From IMG/VR virus record IMGVR_UViG_2576861615_000004, positions 1-41,233 of that record: 41,233 nucleotides of DNA; one strand, written 5' to 3'. Within the stretch, counting starts at the first letter, position 1. The number at the start of each line of letters is the position of its first letter. The notes below the pieces were generated by a model. The model made no database searches and was not told where the DNA came from. It saw only the letters and a program-made list of their open reading frames with translations. Positions 33,669 through 41,233 of this stretch are shown here, piece by piece. A program made the position numbers and the translations under genes. This stretch comes from a virus.

Positions 33669-34873
33669 TGGGATTTCTCGCAAAAAGCGCGAATCCTTCG
33701 ATCGTCGATTCGCCGCAGGCGCTGGCCGACATGCTTGGGCTGTCGTACGAATCGGTCACGGGCGTGAACGTTTCGCCTGAAACGGCCATGCGCTTCACCA
33801 CGGTGTTTTCGTGCGTGCGCGTGATCGCCGAATCGATCGGCCTGATGCCGGTGACGCTCAAGCGGCGTGTCGGTGACACCCGAATCGACGTTCCGAACCA
33901 TCCGCTCGACCGAATTCTGCGCGTCGCGCCTAACGATTTCATGACGGCGGCCGAGTGGCACGAGCTGCTCGGCATGTCGCTCGCACAGCACGGCAACTTC
34001 TACGCCTGGAAAAACATCGTGCGCGGCGAGCTGCGTGAGCTGCTGCCGCTGCGGGCCGGCTGCGTCGTGCCGAAGCTCGACGGCAACTGGAACGTCACCT
34101 ATCAGGTGACGTTTCCGAATGGCACGACGCGCACGCTGCCCGCTTCGGACGTTCTGCACATCCGGCTCTTCTCGCGTGACGGTTTGGTCGGCCTCAATCC
34201 GATCCAGCAAAACCGGGATGCGATCGGGCTGGGTATTGCCGCCGAGCGGCAAGGGTCGCGCTGGTTCAAGCAAGGCACTCGGCTCTCCGGCGTGCTGTCG
34301 ACCGATGGCGCGCTGAAGGATGACGCGTACAAGCGCATCCGCGCTGATTGGGAGCGGACGTATAGCGGTGACGAAAACGCTTGGAAGGTCGCGATCCTCG
34401 AGGCCGGGCTGAAATTTCAGCCGGTGGCGATGAGCGCCGCGGACGTCCAGTGGATCGACGGTCGCAAGATGCAGCGCTCAGAGATCTGCGGGCTCTACCG
34501 CGTGCCGCCGCACAAGATCGGCGACCTGGAGCGGGCGACGTTCACGAATATCGAGCAGCAGAGCCTCGATTTCGTTATCGATTGCATCGTGCCGTACGTC
34601 GTGAAGATCGAACAGCGATACCTCGTGTCGCTGATGAGCCAGAAGGACCAGGCCGACCACTACGCGCGCTTCAACCTGAATGCGTTGCTGCGCGGCGACA
34701 TGCAGACGCGTGCCGTGTTCTACATGCGGCTGCAGCAATGCGGCGCGCTCAGCGCGAACGAGATTCGCGCGCTCGAAGACATGAATCCGCGTGAAGGGGG
34801 CGACGTGTACCTCACGCCCGTAAATATGGCGGTCAACGGCGAGGCCGGAAAGGACAAGGGCAATGCTGGTTAA
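33665..34873 (+). CDS. portal protein, HK97 family
   Basis: Contains FSCVRVIAESIG, GNFYAWK, WFKQG...GVLS and FTNIEQQSLDFV blocks typical of HK97-type portals. Confidence 0.95.
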   Translation: MMGFLAKSANPSIVDSPQALADMLGLSYESVTGVNVSPETAMRFTTVFSCVRVIAESIGLMPVTLKRRVGDTRIDVPNHPLDRILRVAPNDFMTAAEWHELLGMSLAQHGNFYAWKNIVRGELRELLPLRAGCVVPKLDGNWNVTYQVTFPNGTTRTLPASDVLHIRLFSRDGLVGLNPIQQNRDAIGLGIAAERQGSRWFKQGTRLSGVLSTDGALKDDAYKRIRADWERTYSGDENAWKVAILEAGLKFQPVAMSAADVQWIDGRKMQRSEICGLYRVPPHKIGDLERATFTNIEQQSLDFVIDCIVPYVVKIEQRYLVSLMSQKDQADHYARFNLNALLRGDMQTRAVFYMRLQQCGALSANEIRALEDMNPREGGDVYLTPVNMAVNGEAGKDKGNAG

Positions 34874-35534
34874 ACGAATGGACTGCGGCTTTGAAATCAA
34901 GGCCGTGAAGGATACGGGCGAGTTCGAGGGGTACGGCTCGGTGTTCAACGTGATCGACTCGTACGGCGACATCGTGCAGCCGGGCGCATTCACGAAAAGC
35001 CTGTCCGCGTGGGCGGCGAAGGGGCGCATGCCGGCGATGCTCTGGCAGCACCAGGCGTCCGAACCCATCGGCGTGTACACGGCGATGCACGAAGACCAGT
35101 ACGGCCTGTTTGTCGCCGGTCGGCTGCTGGTCGACGACGATCCGCTCGCGAAGCGTGCGCATGCGCACATGAGGGCCGGTTCGATCTCTGGTCTGTCGAT
35201 CGGATACTCGCTGGCGGAAGGCGGTTACACGTACGACAGCGGGAAGGGCGCATTCCTCCTGAGCGAAATCAATCTGTGGGAGGTGTCGCCCGTGACGTTT
35301 CCCGCAAACGACGACGCCCGCGTGCAGACCGTGAAGAGCGCGCTTGCGGCGGGCACGCTTCCCGATGCGCGCACGTTCGAATCGATGCTGCGCGATATGG
35401 GGTTCAGCGAGAAGCAGGCGGGAATCCTGATCTCGAAGGGATACCGGGCGCTCGACGGTCGCGGCGACGTCGATCCGGATGGGCTGGCTGATTTGAAGTC
35501 GGCAATTTTGGCGCGCGGCACGGCGCTCGTTTAA
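34863..35534 (+). CDS. prohead protease, HK97 family (S78)
   Basis: Contains FEGYGSVFNVIDSYGDIVQPGAFTKSL and LWEVSPVTFPAN. It lies between the portal and capsid genes. Confidence 0.93.
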   Translation: MLVKRMDCGFEIKAVKDTGEFEGYGSVFNVIDSYGDIVQPGAFTKSLSAWAAKGRMPAMLWQHQASEPIGVYTAMHEDQYGLFVAGRLLVDDDPLAKRAHAHMRAGSISGLSIGYSLAEGGYTYDSGKGAFLLSEINLWEVSPVTFPANDDARVQTVKSALAAGTLPDARTFESMLRDMGFSEKQAGILISKGYRALDGRGDVDPDGLADLKSAILARGTALV

Positions 35535-35551
35535 TTCACAAGGGGCATTAC

Positions 35552-36763
35552 ATGGAAGCATTGCGTGAAATCAAGGAGCTGGTCCAGCAGCAGGGCCAGG
35601 CGTGGGAAGAGTTCAAGAAGCAGAACGACGCACGCATCGCGGTACTCGAGAAGGGCGGCACGGGCAGCGACTACGACGCGAAGCTCGCGAGCATCAACAC
35701 GGCGCTCGACGAGCTGAAGAGCGCGCTGAAGGACGTCGAGACGAAACGCAATCGTATCGATCTGCCGGGCGTTGGCGGTGAAGACGATCCGGAATACAAA
35801 ACGGCGTTCGTCGGCTTCGTGCGCAAGGGCGCGAACGAACACGAGCTGCGCGAAAAGGCTGTCAACACCGGCAGCGACGCCGACGGTGGGATCGCGGTGC
35901 CGCAGGAAGTCGATCGCAACATCCTGCAACTGCTCGGCCGTGAAACGCCGATGCGCGAAGTCGCGAACGTCATCACCGTCAGCACCGAGGACTACAAGAA
36001 GATCGTGAATCTCGGTGGTACGGGCTCCGGTTGGGTCGGCGAAACGGATCAGCGTCCGGGCACGACGAATTCCAAACTCGCCGCGATCGCGTCGTACTTT
36101 GGCGAGATCTACGCGAACCCGGCATCGACCCAGCGGTCGCTCGACGATCTGTTTTTCGATGTCGAAGCGTGGATCTCGTCCGAAGTCGTGAAGGAATTCA
36201 CCGAGCAGGAAAACGCCGCATTCACCGGCGGCGATGGCGAAAAGAAGCCGAAAGGCTTTCTCGCGTACGACGTCGACAACAAGCGCGACGACAAGCGGGC
36301 GTTCGGCACGCTGCAATTCGTCGGGTCCGGCGCGGCGGCGTCGATCGGGGGCGATGGTCTGCTCGACCTGGTGTACTCGCTGAAACGCGGCTACCGCAAG
36401 AACGCAACGTTCATGCTGAACGGGCTGTCCGTCGCGGCTGTCCGCAAGCTGAAGGACGAGCGGGGCGATTACCTCTGGCAGCCGGGCCTGCAGTCGGGGG
36501 AGCCGGACAAGCTGCTCGGCTATTCGGCCGTCGAGAACGACGACATGCCGGATATCGCGGCCGGCGCGTATCCGATCGCGTTCGGCGACTTCAAGCGCGG
36601 CTATCAGATCGTGGACCGCATCGGCATCCGCGTCCTGCGCGATCCGTACACGAACAAGCCGTACGTGCAGTTTTACACCACGAAGCGCGTCGGTGGCGGT
36701 GTTGTCGACAGCAATGCGCTGAAGTTGCTCAAGGTCGATGCAGCCGCGGCCGGCGGTGCGTAA
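35552..36763 (+). CDS. major capsid protein, HK97 family
   Basis: An N-terminal delta-domain-like coiled coil is followed by GGIAVPQE...TGSGW...FVGSG...YLWQPGLQ...PY. The 403-aa ORF follows the protease. Confidence 0.95.
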   Translation: MEALREIKELVQQQGQAWEEFKKQNDARIAVLEKGGTGSDYDAKLASINTALDELKSALKDVETKRNRIDLPGVGGEDDPEYKTAFVGFVRKGANEHELREKAVNTGSDADGGIAVPQEVDRNILQLLGRETPMREVANVITVSTEDYKKIVNLGGTGSGWVGETDQRPGTTNSKLAAIASYFGEIYANPASTQRSLDDLFFDVEAWISSEVVKEFTEQENAAFTGGDGEKKPKGFLAYDVDNKRDDKRAFGTLQFVGSGAAASIGGDGLLDLVYSLKRGYRKNATFMLNGLSVAAVRKLKDERGDYLWQPGLQSGEPDKLLGYSAVENDDMPDIAAGAYPIAFGDFKRGYQIVDRIGIRVLRDPYTNKPYVQFYTTKRVGGGVVDSNALKLLKVDAAAAGGA

Positions 36764-36778
36764 TTCATCCAGCAGCGC

Positions 36779-36799
36779 GCGGCCGGCGTGTCCGGCCGC
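36779..36799 (+). promoter_or_regulatory. GC hairpin just after the capsid gene (no T-tract)
   Basis: Stem gcggccgg/ccggccgc with loop cgtgt. This could be an RNA stability or attenuation element, not a canonical terminator. Confidence 0.4.
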
Positions 36800-36818
36800 A
36801 TCTACGAGCGAGGGAGGG

Positions 36819-36977
36819 ATGATGCAGAAGCGTGAACTGTTCCGGGCCGCGTACGTACCGGGCCCGCGTGACGCTCGCGGGCGCCTGCCGCGGCCCCGGC
36901 ACGCGCCGAGCGCGGCGCGCCTGGTGCCCGGTGAAAACCGTGTCCCCGAGCGCGCGACGAAGGGGCGCGAATCGTGA
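36819..36977 (+). CDS. small Arg-rich ORF (52 aa)
   Basis: A GAGGGAGGG SD precedes the start. Third-position GC is very high. The stop overlaps the GTG of the next gene (GTGA). Confidence 0.45.
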   Translation: MMQKRELFRAAYVPGPRDARGRLPRPRHAPSAARLVPGENRVPERATKGRES

Positions 36978-37288
36978 TCGATCTGGCGAGGGCGAAGCTT
37001 CAGTGTCGCGTGGACGGTGACGAAGAGGATGCGCTGATAGACGGCTACATCGGCGCAGCGCGGATCGGCGTCGAGAAGTACCTGAAGCGCAAGCTGTACG
37101 ACACGCCGGAAGCGCTCGCCGCGGCCGACGATCCGTCGGGTCTGGTGGTCGACGATGCTCACGAGCACGCGATGCTGTTGCTGATCGGCGAATGGTACGC
37201 GCATCGTGAATCGTCAGGGCCGTCAACTGGCGAGTTGCCGCATGCGGTGACGTGGCTGATTTCGTCCGATCGGTTCTATACGGTGTGA
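36974..37288 (+). CDS. head-tail connector (gp6-like / DNA-packaging QLRG-type)
   Basis: MIDLARAKLQCRVDGDEEDALIDGYIGAARIGVEKYL...LLLIGEWYAHRE is typical of the gp6-like connector family. Confidence 0.8.
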   Translation: MIDLARAKLQCRVDGDEEDALIDGYIGAARIGVEKYLKRKLYDTPEALAAADDPSGLVVDDAHEHAMLLLIGEWYAHRESSGPSTGELPHAVTWLISSDRFYTV

Positions 37289-37291
37289 GCG

Positions 37292-37618
37292 ATGGAAGCG
37301 GGAAAATTTACGGAACGGATCGAGATCGAGCGGCGCACCGGCGCGACCAACGAGAACGACGAACCACTGCCGGATGCCTGGGAGCGTCATGCCCGGGTCT
37401 GGGCTGACGTTCGTTTCGTGAATGGTATCGAGCACGTTGTTTCGGGCGCCGTGCGTAGTGCGGCTGTCGCGAGCTTTCGTATTCGCTTCCGTCGCGACGT
37501 CGACGCCGAGATGCGCGTGCGCTATCTCGGCGCGCTGTACGACATCGTGGCCGCGTTGCCTAACCGCGCGAAGGGCTACATCGATTTGACCGTCAAGAAC
37601 GGGGAGAAATATGTCTAG
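37292..37618 (+). CDS. head closure / head-tail adaptor protein
   Basis: ERIEIERRT...WERHARVWADVRF...FRIRFRRDV...Y.IV is the pattern of the phage head-tail joining family. Confidence 0.8.
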   Translation: MEAGKFTERIEIERRTGATNENDEPLPDAWERHARVWADVRFVNGIEHVVSGAVRSAAVASFRIRFRRDVDAEMRVRYLGALYDIVAALPNRAKGYIDLTVKNGEKYV

Positions 37619-38033
37619 CGTGCAGATTCTGGGGCTGGGCGACCTACGTGCGGATTTCGAGAAGCTTGCGAAAGCACAGTCGACGAAGGCGTTGCGACGC
37701 GCGACGGTGGCCGGCGCGAAGGTGATCCGAGATGAGGCGCGTGCCCGCGCGCCGAAGAAAACCGGAAAGCTGCGGCGAAACATCGTGTCTGCCGCGCTGC
37801 GGCAGAAAGATGCGCCGGGCCTGGCGACAGCCGGTGTACGTGTCCGGACGAAGGGCAAGGGCGACTCGCCCAGCAACGCGTTCTACTGGCGCTTCGTCGA
37901 GCTCGGCACGCAGCATGTACGGGCGCAACCGTTCGTGCGACCGGCGTTCGACGCCGCGATCGGTCAGGCCGAGGGTGCGATTCGCACCGAGATCGCGCGC
38001 GCGATCGACGCAGTGATCGGGGGTGGCCGGTGA
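37611..38033 (+). CDS. HK97 gp10-family tail-component protein
   Basis: Contains PKKTGKLRRNI and FYWRFVELGTQHVRAQPFVRPAFD, which are signature blocks of this family. Confidence 0.85.
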   Translation: MSSVQILGLGDLRADFEKLAKAQSTKALRRATVAGAKVIRDEARARAPKKTGKLRRNIVSAALRQKDAPGLATAGVRVRTKGKGDSPSNAFYWRFVELGTQHVRAQPFVRPAFDAAIGQAEGAIRTEIARAIDAVIGGGR

Positions 38034-38374
38034 GCGCCCTCGTTATCCGCAATGCGATCGGCCCGGTCGGAGCCGCGAAGGGCTACGTCGGCGCCGCTGC
38101 AGCAGCCGCGAAATCGCCGTACTACGTGGTATCGCGCGTGAGCGGCGCCCGCGACATGGCGATTGGCGGTGCGACCGGCGGTAAATCGGGCGTGTTCCAG
38201 GTCGACGTCTACGCCAGTACGTATACGGACGCCGACGCGCTCGCCGACAAGGTGATCGATCGCGCGTACGCGGCCGAGCAGTTTTCCGTCGGCGGGGTGA
38301 GTGACCTGCCTGACGACTATTCGAGCGATTCCGGTGATTTTCGGGTGAGCCTCGAAGTATCCGTTGAATTCTGA
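38030..38374 (+). CDS. tail completion / tail terminator-like protein
   Basis: The GTG start overlaps the upstream stop (GTGA). The 114-aa ORF is the last gene before the major tail protein. The family was assigned by position and size. Confidence 0.65.
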   Translation: MSALVIRNAIGPVGAAKGYVGAAAAAAKSPYYVVSRVSGARDMAIGGATGGKSGVFQVDVYASTYTDADALADKVIDRAYAAEQFSVGGVSDLPDDYSSDSGDFRVSLEVSVEF

Positions 38375-38393
38375 CGGAATCCGCTGTGTGTAC

Positions 38394-38422
38394 GGCCCGC
38401 CTCGAGCGGGCCTTTCTTTTTT
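38394..38422 (+). terminator. intrinsic terminator upstream of the major tail gene
   Basis: Stem ggcccgc/gcgggcc with loop ctcga, followed by tttctttttt. Confidence 0.8.
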
Positions 38423-38433
38423 GTGAGGGGCTT

Positions 38434-38898
38434 ATGGCCGAGAAGAGCAAGCGCATCAAGGCGCAAGGTACGAAGGTCGAGATCTCGAAGACGTCGTCGT
38501 CGAATCTCGACGACGAGGCGCTCGTATTCGTCGATCTCAACACGACGAGCAAGACGATCAACTGGCAAGGCGGGCAATCGTCGGAAATCGACGCGACGAC
38601 GCTCGCCAGCGACGAAAAGGAATCCGAGCTCGGCCTGCCCGATCCTGGCGAATTTTCCGTCGACGGCAACTATTCGTCGGATGACGCCGGCCAGCTGATT
38701 CTCCGCGGCGCGCGCGGCACTGGCGACAAGTACGTGTTCCGCGTCACTTTCCGCGACAAGTCGCAATTCCTGTTCGTCGGCATGGTGCGTCAGTACACCT
38801 GGTCGGCAGGCGTCGACGGCATCGTGACGTCGACCTACAGCGTCCGTGTCAGCGGCTCGCCGAAGGAAGTGCCGCCGCCGGCCGCGCCGGCGGGTTAA
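38434..38898 (+). CDS. major tail protein
   Basis: The ATG at 38434 follows the terminator. The 154-aa product is MAEKSKRIKAQGTKVEI...IDATTLASDEKESELGLPDPGEFSVDGNY. It lies before the G/GT chaperones. Confidence 0.8.
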   Translation: MAEKSKRIKAQGTKVEISKTSSSNLDDEALVFVDLNTTSKTINWQGGQSSEIDATTLASDEKESELGLPDPGEFSVDGNYSSDDAGQLILRGARGTGDKYVFRVTFRDKSQFLFVGMVRQYTWSAGVDGIVTSTYSVRVSGSPKEVPPPAAPAG

Positions 38899-38926
38899 TC
38901 GACCTGAAAAACGTAAGGAAAAAGTG

Positions 38927-39394
38927 ATGACCAAAACTCCGACGGTCGCCGGCGCGCTGCGCGCCGCGATTCTCAACCCGTTGACCGGCTGGCGGCACGA
39001 GTTCGTGCCGATGCCGGAATGGGGCGACGTGACGGTTGCGGTGCGCGAGCCGTTGCTCGCCGACCGCGCATTCTGGCTCGAGCCGCTGCGCCTCTCTGCC
39101 GGCGTCGAGCCGGGCGACGACGAGGCGGTTGCCCGCGAGAAGTATGAGCGTGTCCGACCGGAAGAGCACGTGCTCGCCTCGGCGCGGCTGTTCGTTCGCG
39201 TGCTCTATGTCGAGACGGCGGCAGGCTGGCGTCGCGAATTCGAGGACGCGGACGCGCAGGAGATCGCGTCGGCATTCGGGTCCGCGCACGAACGCATCGT
39301 GAACAAAGCGCTCGAGCTCGGCAACATGAAAGCCGACGCGGAGGACGATGCAAAAAAAGCCTCCGCCGAAACCCCGATCTCCGGCTCGAGCTGA
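38927..39394 (+). CDS. tail assembly chaperone (lambda gpG-like)
   Basis: The ATG at 38927 has an AAGGAA SD. The acidic C-terminus contains the slippery site. It lies directly upstream of the tape measure gene. Confidence 0.8.
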   Translation: MTKTPTVAGALRAAILNPLTGWRHEFVPMPEWGDVTVAVREPLLADRAFWLEPLRLSAGVEPGDDEAVAREKYERVRPEEHVLASARLFVRVLYVETAAGWRREFEDADAQEIASAFGSAHERIVNKALELGNMKADAEDDAKKASAETPISGSS

Positions 39395-39669
39395 CGTTGG
39401 CGCTGCGGCTCGGCAGGACGCTTGCCGAGCTGCGCGCGGAAATGTCGACCGCGGAATTCGCCTTGTGGCAGGCCTTCGATGCCGAGTCGCCGATTGCCGA
39501 TGATCGTTATGACCTTCATGCCGCGATGGTTGCGTCGGCAGTGTTCCAGGCGCAGGGTGCCAAGGTCAAAGTGGCGGACATGATGCCGAACTGGTCGGGT
39601 GAGTCGGCTGAGGTTCACGAGGTCGACGATGATCCTTTCTTCGCAGGCCTAATGAGATTGGTAAAGTAG
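38927..39669 (+). CDS. tail assembly chaperone GT-like fusion (via -1 frameshift at 39352-39358)
   Basis: The T-part (track ORF 39397..39669) lies in the -1 frame relative to G and has no independent ATG or SD. This is the conserved arrangement in long-tailed phages. Confidence 0.7.
39352..39358 (+). promoter_or_regulatory. -1 programmed ribosomal frameshift site A_AAA_AAA
   Basis: The heptamer is in the correct phase (zero-frame codons AAA 39353-55 and AAA 39356-58). The -1 frame is open from here to 39669. Confidence 0.75.
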
Positions 39670-39682
39670 GCGGACAGGAAAT

Positions 39683-41233
39683 ATGGGAACGAGTCTCCGC
39701 GAGCTGATCGTCAGCGTTACCGCGAATACGACCCAGTACGATCGACGCATGCAGCAGCTTGGGTCGACTGCCAGCGGCTATTTCAATGCGGTCAGGGATG
39801 GCGGCCGAGCCGCTGACGCGGCGTTTGCGTCGAACGCGTCGAGCGTGCAGGTGACGGTGCGTGCGATCGAGGCCGCGCGCGGCTCGCTCACGGGGTATGC
39901 GCAGGCCGCTGCCGCAGCGTTCGGCGTGCATCAACTGGTCGAGTATGCCGACGAATGGACGAACCTGAGCAACCGGCTCAAGATCGTCACACGGGACCAG
40001 ATCGATTTCGCTGTCGCGCAGAACGACGTGCTTCGGATCGCGCAGGCGACGCGTCAACCGCTCGACGCGACAGCCGAGCTGTATCAGCGGATCGCGAACA
40101 ACACGTCGCACCTCGGCCTGTCGATTAAACAGGTCGGCCCGCTGGTCGAGACGATCAGCAAGGCGGTGGCGCTCTCGGGTGTGTCCGCCGACACGGCGCG
40201 GCTCGGTATCGTGCAGCTGGGTCAGGCGTTCGCGTCCGGCCAGCTGCGCGGGCAGGATCTGAAGAGTGTACTGGAGGAGCTGCCGGGCGTTGCTGACGCG
40301 ATCGCGCGCGGGATGGGTAAGGGCACGTCAGAGCTGAAGGCACTGGCCGAGGACGGCAAGCTGACCGTCGAGAACCTGATCGACGCGCTGAAAAACGCCG
40401 GATCGAGCACGGACGCGCTGTTCGGTAAGGTCGACATGACCGTCGGGCAGGCGATGACGCGCCTGCAAACGGAAATCATCGCGTACGTCGGGCACGCGAA
40501 CGAGGCGACTGGCGCGAGCGCGAAGCTGGCGCAGAGCGTGGTCTACGTTGCCGATCACCTCGACGAGATTGTCGCGATCAGCGCATCGCTTGCGGCGGGC
40601 CGGCTCGGCGTGTATTTCACGCAGACCACGGTGGCCGTCAGCAAGTCGGCCATCGCGTGGAACGCCGAGCGGCAGGCGCTGCTCGCGAAGGCGCAGGCGG
40701 AGAACGCGGCCGCGCTCGTCACGATTACGAGGGCGCAGAGCGATCGCGACGCGGCGGCGGCTAAGCTGCAGAACGCGCAAGCGGCAGAGGTTGCCGCGGC
40801 GGCGGAGCTGGCCGGCATGCGCGCGATGCGGGAAAGCCTCGCGATGCAGTCGGCGCTGACCGCCGGGTCGATCCAGTACACGCAGGCGAAGCTCGCCGAG
40901 GCGCGGGCGATCGAGGCGAGCGCGGTGGCGCAGGTCGCGACCGCGCGGTCGAATTTGGCGAACAGCCAGGAGATCGGGACGCGGATCGCCGGCACGCCGT
41001 ACGCGGCGATAATCGCGCGCGAGACGGCGGCGGCGCAGGGCGAGCTGGAGCGTGCCGAGGCATCCCTCGCGCTGGCGCAGCAGCGTCGCGTGGCGCTGGA
41101 GGCTGCGGCGGCCAAGGGTACGGTCGACCAGACGCGCTACGCGGCGGCACTGGCCGAAACCGAGAAGGGGCTCGCGGTCGCCGAGCGCGAGGTCGCGGCG
41201 GCGACGCAGGCCCGCGAGCGCGCCGAGCGCGGG
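39683..41233 (+). CDS. tail tape measure protein, N-terminal part (continues at nt 35 after the 34-bp overlap)
   Basis: The ATG at 39683 has an AGGAA SD. It has the N-terminal tape-measure signature LGIVQLGQAFASGQLRGQDLKSVLEELPG. The frame is open to the window end, which falls exactly on a codon boundary. Confidence 0.9.
   Translation, partial: MGTSLRELIVSVTANTTQYDRRMQQLGSTASGYFNAVRDGGRAADAAFASNASSVQVTVRAIEAARGSLTGYAQAAAAAFGVHQLVEYADEWTNLSNRLKIVTRDQIDFAVAQNDVLRIAQATRQPLDATAELYQRIANNTSHLGLSIKQVGPLVETISKAVALSGVSADTARLGIVQLGQAFASGQLRGQDLKSVLEELPGVADAIARGMGKGTSELKALAEDGKLTVENLIDALKNAGSSTDALFGKVDMTVGQAMTRLQTEIIAYVGHANEATGASAKLAQSVVYVADHLDEIVAISASLAAGRLGVYFTQTTVAVSKSAIAWNAERQALLAKAQAENAAALVTITRAQSDRDAAAAKLQNAQAAEVAAAAELAGMRAMRESLAMQSALTAGSIQYTQAKLAEARAIEASAVAQVATARSNLANSQEIGTRIAGTPYAAIIARETAAAQGELERAEASLALAQQRRVALEAAAAKGTVDQTRYAAALAETEKGLAVAEREVAAATQARERAERG
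41200..41233. repeat. terminal overlap copy 2 (identical to 1-34)
   Basis: Same 34-mer as nt 1-34. The reading frame of the ORF starting at 39683 continues into the frame of the 83..2584 ORF, with codons at 35, 38 and so on. Confidence 0.9.

Noticed and set aside
35531-37204. 557-aa minus-strand ORF opposite the capsid and connector genes
   Set aside because: This is an antisense shadow ORF, Arg/Asp/Leu-rich with no motifs. It overlaps several well-supported plus-strand head genes.
40555-41150. Ala/Ser/Arg-rich minus-strand ORFs at the right end, and similar ones at 232-2505
   Set aside because: They are antisense to the Ala/Glu-rich tape-measure coiled coil, and their low complexity mirrors that gene.

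Overview
The window is one complete, circularly permuted genome of a GC-rich temperate siphovirus. Codon usage and gene content look Burkholderia-like, which is an inference. Nt 1-34 are identical to nt 41200-41233, giving a unit length of 41199 bp, and the tape-measure gene runs off the right end and continues in frame at the left end.

Plus-strand late genes, in order:
- Q-like antiterminator, then a terminator and a small gene pair.
- HNH endonuclease, a candidate cos region, TerS and TerL.
- HK97-type portal, prohead protease and major capsid.
- Connector and completion proteins, major tail protein, and G/GT chaperones with an A_AAA_AAA -1 frameshift site.
- A 1366-aa tape measure, then lambda-like M, an inserted fibre-like ORF, L, K, I and J, then two unknown post-J ORFs.
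- A lysis cassette: holin, M15 peptidase endolysin, and Rz with embedded Rz1.
- A moron block: a lipoprotein, a GH24 muramidase with no export signal, and a secreted DUF1311/LprI-like protein.
- An attP-like region.

Minus-strand genes form one long, tightly coupled early-left operon ending in xis and int. It starts at a repressor-operator pair and carries the most unusual cargo: a PRTRC-type ubiquitin-like conjugation cassette. The cassette has an E-like protein, a beta-grasp Ubl with a C-terminal extension, an F-like protein, an E2-like protein, a JAMM/JAB peptidase and a ThiF/E1. It has no ParB or actin-like partner.

The immunity region holds a CI-type repressor without an S24 peptidase domain and a divergent cro. 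It has paired 13-bp palindromic operators and a perfect LexA box in front of a small ORF that converges on cI. This suggests a 186/Tum-style, antirepressor-based SOS induction circuit.

The replication module is dnaB plus an initiator gene that carries 13-bp iterons. I found no tRNA, rRNA or CRISPR array. All family assignments come from motifs read by eye, and no database search was run.
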